12,895 bases of DNA, taken from the UHGV virus genome UHGV-0182645; one strand, given 5' to 3'. The notes beneath the pieces are model-generated. The model searched no databases. It was not told the DNA's origin and worked only from the letters and a program-made list of their open reading frames with translations. Position 1 is the stretch's first letter, and every line of letters begins with the position of its first letter. Positions 6,534 to 12,895 of this stretch are shown piece after piece. The translations under genes and the position numbers were made by a program. The DNA comes from a virus.

Positions 6534-6872
6534 TCAGGCTGCTTTTTTATTCAGGTTCCGCTGAGAAATAAATTTTTCAGCAGTATTGATACGACTTAAC
6601 TCTTCCTGAACGCGCATATCATTTTCGACTTCCCACAGATCTACTGCGGTCTGAAGATTAATCCAAAAATCTACAGAAGTATCGAATGCTTTTGCCAGGC
6701 GATATGCCATATCCATCGTTAGCTTACGATTATTATTAACAAGAGCACTTACGGTGTTACGATGAACATGAAGTATTTCTGCTAACTCGTTGATCTTCAG
6801 CTCTAACGGCTCCAGGTATTCGTACAGAAGGATATCACCTACGGTCGTCGGTTTTCTGGTTGCCTGTTTCAT
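6534..6872 (-). CDS. higA: HigA-type antitoxin, XRE-family HTH, 112 aa
   Basis: AAGGG lies about 7 nt before ATG 6872. The protein shows the HigA pattern (PGDIL..EYLEPL...INELAEIL.V....VS.L.N....LT.DMA.RL...F..S..FW.NLQ) and lies immediately downstream of the HigB-like toxin gene. Confidence 0.85.
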   Translation of the reverse strand: MKQATRKPTTVGDILLYEYLEPLELKINELAEILHVHRNTVSALVNNNRKLTMDMAYRLAKAFDTSVDFWINLQTAVDLWEVENDMRVQEELSRINTAEKFISQRNLNKKAA

Positions 6873-6942
6873 TTTTTGCCCTTACTAGCGTGCGTATTAA
6901 GTGGACTCTGGTCAGAACCCGGACCGTAACCGGGAATCTGTT

Positions 6943-7245
6943 TTAGTATTTGTGAGGGTCGAGATACAAGTCCTCGGCCTTTCCGTTAACCCACTTAAAA
7001 ATTAACCTATATTGCTTATTCACCCTTACTGATGAATAGCCATTTAGCTTCCCTGACAGTTCCTCATACCGATTACCTGGTGGTGATCTTAAATCCTTAC
7101 AGGTAGTTGCGGCATTGATAATGTCCAACTTCCGTGACAATGTCATATGAATATCAGGAGGTATCTTTCTATGTGGTGTTGAAAATTCAAAAAAATCATC
7201 AAGCCACGCATCCCTGAAATCCTTTATGTTAATTTTTTTGGTCAT
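6943..7245 (-). CDS. higB: HigB-type toxin (RelE/ParE superfamily, killer-protein family), 100 aa
   Basis: C-terminal signature YEELSGKLNGYSSVRVNKQYRLIFKWVNGKAEDLYLDPHKY matches the HigB killer-protein motif (W/YR..F.F.NGDA..L.Y.DYH) from memory. Toxin-first order with the HTH antitoxin downstream. Confidence 0.85.
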   Translation of the reverse strand: MTKKINIKDFRDAWLDDFFEFSTPHRKIPPDIHMTLSRKLDIINAATTCKDLRSPPGNRYEELSGKLNGYSSVRVNKQYRLIFKWVNGKAEDLYLDPHKY

Positions 7246-7284
7246 TAGTCATTTGATCCTCCGTGATGATTACCGAATGCCATA

Positions 7285-7318
7285 ACTATAGCGCACTGTT
7301 GCACTGTGCGCAAGTGCA
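7285..7318 (-). promoter_or_regulatory. putative higBA promoter with overlapping operator-like repeats (-10 TATAGT; GCACTGT x2 plus inverted GTGCA)
   Basis: On the minus strand, TATAGT (plus coords 7285-7290) sits about 40 nt upstream of the higB ATG. Immediately upstream is GCACTGT-T-GCACTGT-GCGCAA-GTGCA (7293-7318), a typical arrangement for autoregulated TA operators. The -35 is weak (TTGCGC). Confidence 0.35.
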
Positions 7319-7407
7319 TTTTATGGATTCCCCCTCCTTCATCCAAAATCACAATCTCCCGAAAATCTTCCTTTCGATACCTGACAGATCGACCTTTGAG
7401 GATGCTT

Positions 7408-8199
7408 ATGGGCCGTTTTGACGAATGGTTTGCTGACGATGCAAACCTGGCAAGTAAGGAGTCAGAACATGACAGCACGCAGAGAGAAACGCCAGCGCCG
7501 ATTGAAGCGAATGCAGGAGGTGCGCCGGAACATGGCAATACCGGTTCGGATTCATTCAGCATTCTGGAAGAGCAACCCGCCGCCAAAGCTGATAGCCATG
7601 ATAATTTTGCTGATAGCAACGCTGGCCTTACTCCGGATGCTGCCGAATCAGATATAGCCATACTTCCACCTTCCCTGGCTGGCAGAGAACCAACTCCACA
7701 GCTAAAAGCACGCTATAACGGGCATAAAGCCTTTAATGACCAAATCCGCGCAGACTGGATGCTGATTATTGAATCCAGCCCAGACGCGTTTCAGGCTCTC
7801 TTATATCGACCAGATGTTGGCACATATGGGGTAGTCAGCGACGAAACAGGAGAAGAGTCATTCACTGAACTGGATAACAACCAACGCGAACTGACTTACC
7901 AGGAACCTGAAATCGTTTATGTGCTGGATAACCCTGACGGGCGTGACTCTTTCCATGCGATTGACGCAGACGGTGAGCAGGATGGCTTAACCGATGATGT
8001 TCTGATTCTGCGTATTGCAGCAAATAACGTCCCCGTCGGCTCAATTCTTGAATGGAATGAAGAGATGGTAAACGGCGTAGCCCGCCGCTGGTGGTACGTG
8101 CACCGTATTTTTAGCTACGGCACACAGCATGTTGGTTCGCTTTACTACTGCATACCTGCCAGGAATTTTGATACGACTCAAAACGGAGTGATCGAATGA
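7408..8199 (+). CDS. hypothetical protein, 263 aa, with an acidic low-complexity N-terminal half; first gene of a four-gene coupled operon
   Basis: GAGG at 7398-7401 lies 6 nt before ATG 7408. The track ORF starts at GTG 7306, but that would run through the divergent higBA promoter. Stop overlaps the next start (ATGA). Confidence 0.65.
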   Translation: MGRFDEWFADDANLASKESEHDSTQRETPAPIEANAGGAPEHGNTGSDSFSILEEQPAAKADSHDNFADSNAGLTPDAAESDIAILPPSLAGREPTPQLKARYNGHKAFNDQIRADWMLIIESSPDAFQALLYRPDVGTYGVVSDETGEESFTELDNNQRELTYQEPEIVYVLDNPDGRDSFHAIDADGEQDGLTDDVLILRIAANNVPVGSILEWNEEMVNGVARRWWYVHRIFSYGTQHVGSLYYCIPARNFDTTQNGVIE

Positions 8200-8963
8200 C
8201 TTCAAATAAAACCCTCCTGGCGCGAACAGGTGAATGGCAAACCTCACGCACAGGAAAATTCCAGACCACGGGCTTTGAAAACGTGGATAACGCGTTTGCG
8301 ACGCTAATCAGCAACATTTTTTCTGATATCTTACTTGTGGCCCCCGCGCCGGAAGAAAAACGCTTTGCGTCATTCCTGAATCGTCCACCAGCAGAGCGTG
8401 TCTATGTGGCCCGTTTCGACAATGCGATCGAGTTTCTTAAAGCAGTACGTCGCGCAAATGCCGGGCAAGGGAGAAAACCTGAAAACCAGAACATTAACCG
8501 GGATGCTCTCCCCCTGGTCAATATCTCACGCACTATGGATATCAATTATATCAACGATGATCAGCAGATTGACCGCAAAAAAGTAGCCAGTTTTTGCGAA
8601 CCGGATACCGGAATGCCTTTAGCAGAACTGGAATACACCCAGGCCATTCTGACGTATGACGTTACGTTAATGGCAACTGATAAAGCGACCATGAGTCTGA
8701 TGTGTAATTCGCTGGGCGCACGGCTTCGCCTGATGACAGGTACACAATTTGAAGCAACCACTCACCTTGTTCGTGTCCCGGTCCCGCTGATTTGCTCGAT
8801 ACAGGATGCCAAAGAAGTCGGCTTTACGGATGTTTCAGCACCAATTGGAGAAGAGCGTATTTATGCCACACAAGCGCCGATAAGTGTGATTGCAGACGTG
8901 ATCACAGCATGGGAGTTGGACGCAAAACGTATTATTACCGAAACCTCGATATCTATGGGGTGA
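8196..8963 (+). CDS. hypothetical protein, 255 aa
   Basis: ATG 8196 overlaps the upstream stop. Continuous coding-like composition. No family recognised. Confidence 0.65.
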   Translation: MTSNKTLLARTGEWQTSRTGKFQTTGFENVDNAFATLISNIFSDILLVAPAPEEKRFASFLNRPPAERVYVARFDNAIEFLKAVRRANAGQGRKPENQNINRDALPLVNISRTMDINYINDDQQIDRKKVASFCEPDTGMPLAELEYTQAILTYDVTLMATDKATMSLMCNSLGARLRLMTGTQFEATTHLVRVPVPLICSIQDAKEVGFTDVSAPIGEERIYATQAPISVIADVITAWELDAKRIITETSISMG

Positions 8964-8966
8964 TAA

Positions 8967-9947
8967 GTGGCCCAGGAGTTACAACAATATTTTCTACAGT
9001 CAGTGCTCATTAACGATAACAAAGTGCCACGAGACTGGATTTTTACCGCAGTATATGTAGAAAAAACCAGCCTCAAAGCCCCTTTGCTAAAACTGGAAAT
9101 TCATGACGCTACCGGCACCGTAATTGATGACTGGAAAGCAAAATACGGTGCATCGCTGGTGGCTGAAATGGGCGATCCAAACGGTAATGCAGGCACTTTT
9201 AAAACAGATTTCTTTGTTACGTCTGCAATGCTGGCTGGTGATGTTGTTACCGTTATTGCTGTCAGTGAAGACGTGCGCAGGTTTAAGATCCCCTCCCCGC
9301 GCACAAATTTACATACCAACAAAACACCAGACGCTATATTCAAGGCATATTCCGGCAAGCTTAAAATTACCAGCAGCGTGCTAAAACGCGCAGTTACATA
9401 TCATCTGAATGCCGGTGACAAACCGTCAAAAATGCTCTCGCAGATAGCGCGAGACAAAGGTGCATTATGTTGGGTATGCCGTGGGGAATTTAACTTTTAC
9501 ACCCTGGCTGATCTGATGAAGCAAACGCCATCATTTACCTACGAGGGGAATAACCCTAAAGCAGAATACACTTTGTCCAAAATGCGCCTACTCCAACAGG
9601 AACATGCGACAACAGCAAAGAATCAATATCGTTTTGTTGGGTATTCCATGACCGATGGCTACGTCGAATATGGCGATAGCTCACTCCCAGTGCGTTATAT
9701 ATCCGACTCTGATATGGAAACTCTTCGCAATATGCAGCTGTCTCTCGTCCCCAAAATGGATATAGAAGTCGCAGGCAATCCGGATATAAAACCGGGAATG
9801 GTAATAGAGATTATCGTATACCGCTATGACCAGGAAAACCGCATTGATGAATCAATGCCCCGCAAGCTGATAGTAAAAAATGTTGCGCACTTTGAAGACC
9901 GCGTAGGCTACACAACACGAATGATATTAGGAGTGCCGAACAAATGA
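8967..9947 (+). CDS. hypothetical protein, 326 aa (GTG start); possibly a structural or baseplate-associated protein by position
   Basis: GTG 8967 with GGGGTGA upstream, 3 nt after the previous stop. Its stop overlaps the next start (ATGA). A functional guess rests only on adjacency to the spike-like gene. Confidence 0.6.
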   Translation: MAQELQQYFLQSVLINDNKVPRDWIFTAVYVEKTSLKAPLLKLEIHDATGTVIDDWKAKYGASLVAEMGDPNGNAGTFKTDFFVTSAMLAGDVVTVIAVSEDVRRFKIPSPRTNLHTNKTPDAIFKAYSGKLKITSSVLKRAVTYHLNAGDKPSKMLSQIARDKGALCWVCRGEFNFYTLADLMKQTPSFTYEGNNPKAEYTLSKMRLLQQEHATTAKNQYRFVGYSMTDGYVEYGDSSLPVRYISDSDMETLRNMQLSLVPKMDIEVAGNPDIKPGMVIEIIVYRYDQENRIDESMPRKLIVKNVAHFEDRVGYTTRMILGVPNK

Positions 9948-10597
9948 AGCGTAGAGCGCAAATTGTTGGAACTGTGCACCCGGCAGGGCTTATGCGTGCT
10001 CAGGTCCGTGTTTTACCAGACTGGAATGGCGTTCCTGATGACGATCTACCCTGGGCAGAATACCTGTTACCCATAGGTAACGCGTTTGTACCTACAGTAA
10101 AAGGCGACCTGGTATGGGTAGAGTTTCCTTATCTGGATGTTAATGGTCGAATTGATACCAGACGCCCAATGATAGTTGGCGCAGCTCAGGATGCGCCTGG
10201 CGGAGTACCAAACGTCGCGCCGGAGGCGTCAGGCAATGGTAGCGGCTGGACGCCACCAGAAGTAGACGGAGCGCCTCCCCGCCCGCAATTTTCGGCGACA
10301 AAAGATTTCGTGATTCACCGCAACAATGTGCTCGAAGTGCGAACGGCTGGCGGTGGATATGAAATAGCGAATACGGCAGCAGGCTCAAGGATTGGAATGA
10401 ATGAATCAGGGCAGATATACATCATTGGTCCGGCTGATGTAGTAGTGAATGCGGGAGGGAGTGTTAACGTCAAATCAGCCGATAACATCAGCGTTAATGG
10501 CAAAAACATTACTGTGACAGCCGACGAAAATATTGATTTCAAGGCTGGAGGCACCTTCCAGGCTATCGCAAGCAACTTTGATTTCAAGAAGGGATAG
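9944..10597 (+). CDS. gp5/gpV-type spike-like protein (N-terminal OB-fold signature, C-terminal repetitive beta-rich segment), 217 aa
   Basis: N-terminus AQIVGTVHPAGLMRAQVRVLPDW...LPWAEYLLPIGNAFVPTVKGDLVWVEFPY...RRPMIVGA lines up by eye with P2 gpV (GIIVETDLNAGRCRVQT..TDWLQWL...PSVGEQVLIL...FVLPGIY). C-terminus is G/N/V-rich (VVVNAGGSVNVKSADNISVNGKNITVTADENIDFKAGG). Not search-verified. Confidence 0.5.
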   Translation: MKRRAQIVGTVHPAGLMRAQVRVLPDWNGVPDDDLPWAEYLLPIGNAFVPTVKGDLVWVEFPYLDVNGRIDTRRPMIVGAAQDAPGGVPNVAPEASGNGSGWTPPEVDGAPPRPQFSATKDFVIHRNNVLEVRTAGGGYEIANTAAGSRIGMNESGQIYIIGPADVVVNAGGSVNVKSADNISVNGKNITVTADENIDFKAGGTFQAIASNFDFKKG

Positions 10598-10606
10598 AAA
10601 ACACAT

Positions 10607-10650
10607 CCAATTGTGTTAGATAATTGAATAGAATTTTCTAACACAATTGG
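10607..10650. repeat. perfect 14-bp inverted repeat (CCAATTGTGTTAGA ... TCTAACACAATTGG) with a 16-bp AT-rich spacer, just upstream of rdgC
   Basis: Exact reverse complements at 10607-10620 and 10637-10650. The right arm overlaps the rdgC ribosome-binding region (GGTGA at 10649-10653). Confidence 0.6.
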
Positions 10651-10656
10651 TGAAAC

Positions 10657-11562
10657 ATGAGATCAGTCGCTTTCAAAAACATCTTCATCTATCGTCTTTC
10701 ACGTGAAGTTAACTGGAGTGCCGCAGAAGTATCCGATGCTCTTAGCAAATTCGTGTTTACTCCTTGCGGTTCTCAGGACACAGCTAAAGTCGGTTGGACA
10801 CCTGTTCTTGGTGACAACCTCACCCATGAATACCAGGGTTTTCTGCTAATACAGCATAAGCGAGAAGAAAAAATTCTCCCCTCGCAGGTGCTCAAGGAAG
10901 AGTTGCAGAAAAAAGTCCTGAAACTCGAAGAAGAGCAAGCCCGCAAGCTGAAGAAAACGGAAAGAGACAGTCTTAAAGATGAAGTCCTGCATTCACTTTT
11001 GCCTCGCGCGTTCACGAGAAAATCACTCGCCAAAATCCTGATCGACCGCAGCAACCATCTGGTATTCGTTGAGGCAAGCAGCGCCAAAAAGGCAGAGGAC
11101 CAGCTGGCTTTATTGCGAAAGTCGCTCGGCAGCCTGCCTGTCATTCCATTCACACCACGCGAACCGCTGGAAATTACAATGACCGAGTGGTTTAAAAGCG
11201 GCTTCCCTGCCGGATTTACAGCAGGTGAAGACGCCACATTAAAGGGTCTGCTCGATAATGGTGGTGCCGTTCGCTGCAACAAAGTTGATCTACAGTCCGA
11301 CGAGATTATGTCTCACATTGAGGCGGGGAAAGTAGCTACGACCGTTGCAATTAACTGGATGGACCGTGCGTCGTTCAGAGTCAACGATGATATGAGTATC
11401 AAAGCCCTGACATTCTGTGATGATCTCTATGACCAGAACGACGATATCGACCGGGAGGATGTAGCACAACGATTTGATGCTGATTTCGTGCTCTTTACGG
11501 GCGAATTATCTGCACTGTTTAACGCGCTGGTGGAGGCCATTGGCGGTGAAGCAGAACGATAA
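10657..11562 (+). CDS. rdgC: recombination-associated protein RdgC homolog, 301 aa
   Basis: Near-colinear by-eye match to E. coli RdgC over the full length, for example [94 protein letters not shown] and GGEA. GGTGA lies 4 nt before the ATG. Confidence 0.9.
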   Translation: MRSVAFKNIFIYRLSREVNWSAAEVSDALSKFVFTPCGSQDTAKVGWTPVLGDNLTHEYQGFLLIQHKREEKILPSQVLKEELQKKVLKLEEEQARKLKKTERDSLKDEVLHSLLPRAFTRKSLAKILIDRSNHLVFVEASSAKKAEDQLALLRKSLGSLPVIPFTPREPLEITMTEWFKSGFPAGFTAGEDATLKGLLDNGGAVRCNKVDLQSDEIMSHIEAGKVATTVAINWMDRASFRVNDDMSIKALTFCDDLYDQNDDIDREDVAQRFDADFVLFTGELSALFNALVEAIGGEAER

Positions 11563-11578
11563 TAACCGACCGCTTGTT

Positions 11579-12226
11579 GTGAGTCTTTGTGATTTTACGG
11601 GGGCAATGGTTGCCCCCTGGCTGGAATACGGTGTCGATGCCGCTATCGTCGATCCACAGCACTTATCGACCAGTGACGAGCGGATGCAATCAGGTGCCGT
11701 TCTGACGCGTATTAGTGCGATCATCGATAGCGATGAAGTATACGCTTTTCTCCGTAAGAATTTGCAGCGCATCGTGTTTCTGGCCGGGTTCCCACCGTGT
11801 ACTGACCTGGCTGTTTCCGGCGCGCGCTGGTTTTCGGACAAGGCTAATAAAGATCCGGTTTTCCAGTTCAAAGCAATGCAGGTTGTCTGGCAGTGTTATG
11901 ACATTGCAAAGATGATCGGTTGTCCGTACATGATTGAAAATCCGGTCAGCAAAATATCGACATTCTGGCGTAAGCCAGATCACATCTTTCACCCTTACTT
12001 CTTCACTGCATATTGTCAGGAAGATAACTACACCAAAAAAACATGCCTCTGGAGCGGCCAGGGCTTTGTCATGCCTGATGCCCTAATGGACGAATCATTA
12101 GGCAAGCCAGATAACAGAATCCATGCCGCGCCACCAGGGCCTGACAGGGCTAATTTCCGAAGTGCTACTCCACATGGATTCGCAAAGGCAGTTTTCGAAG
12201 CGAATAAGGGGGTGCTCTATGAGTAA
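11579..12226 (+). CDS. compact C5-cytosine-methyltransferase-like protein (motif I-like, PPC in place of PCQ, ENP in place of ENV, C-terminal motif-X-like), about 215 aa; start uncertain
   Basis: VVSLCDFTGAMVAPWLEYGVDAAIVD resembles motif I of C5-MTases, FLAGFPPCTDLAVSG resembles motif IV (GFPCQ.FS.SG), and YMIENPVS resembles motif VI. There is no room for a normal target-recognition domain. I chose GTG 11579 to retain motif I without overlapping rdgC; ATG 11606 and ATG 11474 are alternatives. Confidence 0.5.
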   Translation: MSLCDFTGAMVAPWLEYGVDAAIVDPQHLSTSDERMQSGAVLTRISAIIDSDEVYAFLRKNLQRIVFLAGFPPCTDLAVSGARWFSDKANKDPVFQFKAMQVVWQCYDIAKMIGCPYMIENPVSKISTFWRKPDHIFHPYFFTAYCQEDNYTKKTCLWSGQGFVMPDALMDESLGKPDNRIHAAPPGPDRANFRSATPHGFAKAVFEANKGVLYE

Positions 12227-12857
12227 ATCTATAGCAAGCATAGCCATAGAAAAACAGGATACGATGGCTGAAATTAGCTATATGCGCACCATTCGGACTC
12301 CGGATGAATATGAGCGTCCGATATTCAAATGGGTAGGTGGTAAATTCTCAGAATTGCCTACAGTGCTTGAGCATCTACCACACGGTAAGCGGTTAATAGA
12401 ACCATTCGTTGGTGGCGGTTCCGTATTTACGAATGCAGGATTTCGCCACAACCTGCTTAATGATATTAACGGTGACCTGATTAACTTCTATCAGACATTG
12501 CAGCGAGAAGGACATTCGCTCGTCACGCTGTCATATAGTTTTTTCAAAAATTACAACAACGCTGACGCTTACCTCGAAGTGCGTGAGGCATTTAACAGAG
12601 GAAAATATGACCAGCTACATCATGCTGCCGCATTTTTGTACCTTAATCGTCACTGTTTTAATGGCGTAACGCGGTACAACCAAAATGGCGAGTTCAACGT
12701 GGGGTATGGCAAATACAAAGCGCCCTACTTCCCACATGCAGAGATGGAGGCATTTTTGGCTGATGACGTACTCAAAAACACTTCCTTTGTATCAGGAGAC
12801 TTTGCTAGCGTCATCGAGGCAGCTGGTGCATCCGACGCCGATTTTGTGTACCGATAA
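12219..12857 (+). pseudogene. Dam-family (D12 class) N6-adenine methyltransferase-like ORF, apparently truncated just before the catalytic DPPY motif
   Basis: Colinear by-eye match to E. coli Dam from FKWVGGK through EPFVGGGSVF, LNDINGDLINFY, FLYLNRHCFNGVTRYNQNGEFNVGYGKYKAPYFPHAEMEAF to ...ASDADFVYR, then TAA at 12855-12857. In Dam the equivalent position reads ...DASVVYCDPPY. AAGGGGG lies 6 nt before ATG 12219; ATG 12264 is an alternative start. None of the three frames after the stop encodes DPPY within the remaining 38 nt. Confidence 0.65.
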
Positions 12858-12895
12858 TGCTGTAATGATTGCCTGCCGCGGTTATTTTATGTATC

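Noticed and set aside
7306-7407. GTG 7306 as start of the first gene of the four-gene operon
   Set aside because: It has no SD and would place coding sequence across the divergent higBA promoter and operator repeats. ATG 7408 has a GAGG SD at ideal spacing.
7245-7661. 138-aa minus-strand ORF overlapping the first gene of the four-gene operon
   Set aside because: Antisense to a plus-strand gene that has a good SD and downstream coupling. It would also begin inside the higB start region.
10773-11282. 169-aa minus-strand ORF
   Set aside because: Lies entirely inside the well-supported rdgC gene on the opposite strand. Its S/R/L-rich composition is typical of an antisense frame.
11474-11578. 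ATG 11474 as start of the C5-MTase-like gene
   Set aside because: It would overlap the rdgC 3' end by 89 nt and add a 35-aa extension with no MTase motif. I prefer GTG 11579, with low certainty.
1-12895. tRNA genes, CRISPR arrays, integrase or transposase genes, att-like repeats
   Set aside because: No T-loop-like GTTCGA motifs in a tRNA context, no regularly spaced direct repeats, and no ORF with a recognisable recombinase or transposase signature.

Overview
Gene-dense, mosaic window that reads like an accessory or early region of an enterobacterial temperate phage or phage-derived island. I see no rRNA, tRNA, CRISPR array, integrase or transposase. Plus-strand operons encode a Rha-family regulator (861-1802), a LysM/gpX-like small protein coupled to a 397-aa CxC...CxH plus coiled-coil protein (3978-5493), a four-gene translationally coupled block ending in a gp5/gpV-type spike-like protein (7408-10597), then RdgC, a compact C5-methyltransferase-like protein and a Dam-like methyltransferase whose frame stops just before the expected DPPY motif (10657-12857). 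Two minus-strand blocks interrupt these: a signal-peptide-bearing 291-aa protein behind an AT-rich upstream region (1839-2714), and an island carrying higB-higA, an orphan antitoxin-like N-domain ORF and a strongly AT-rich two-TM/coiled-coil protein (5527-7245). That last pair is my best candidate for an undescribed exclusion or defence module. Apart from RdgC, the Dam-like protein and HigBA, every functional call is an inference from motifs recognised by eye; no database search was run.
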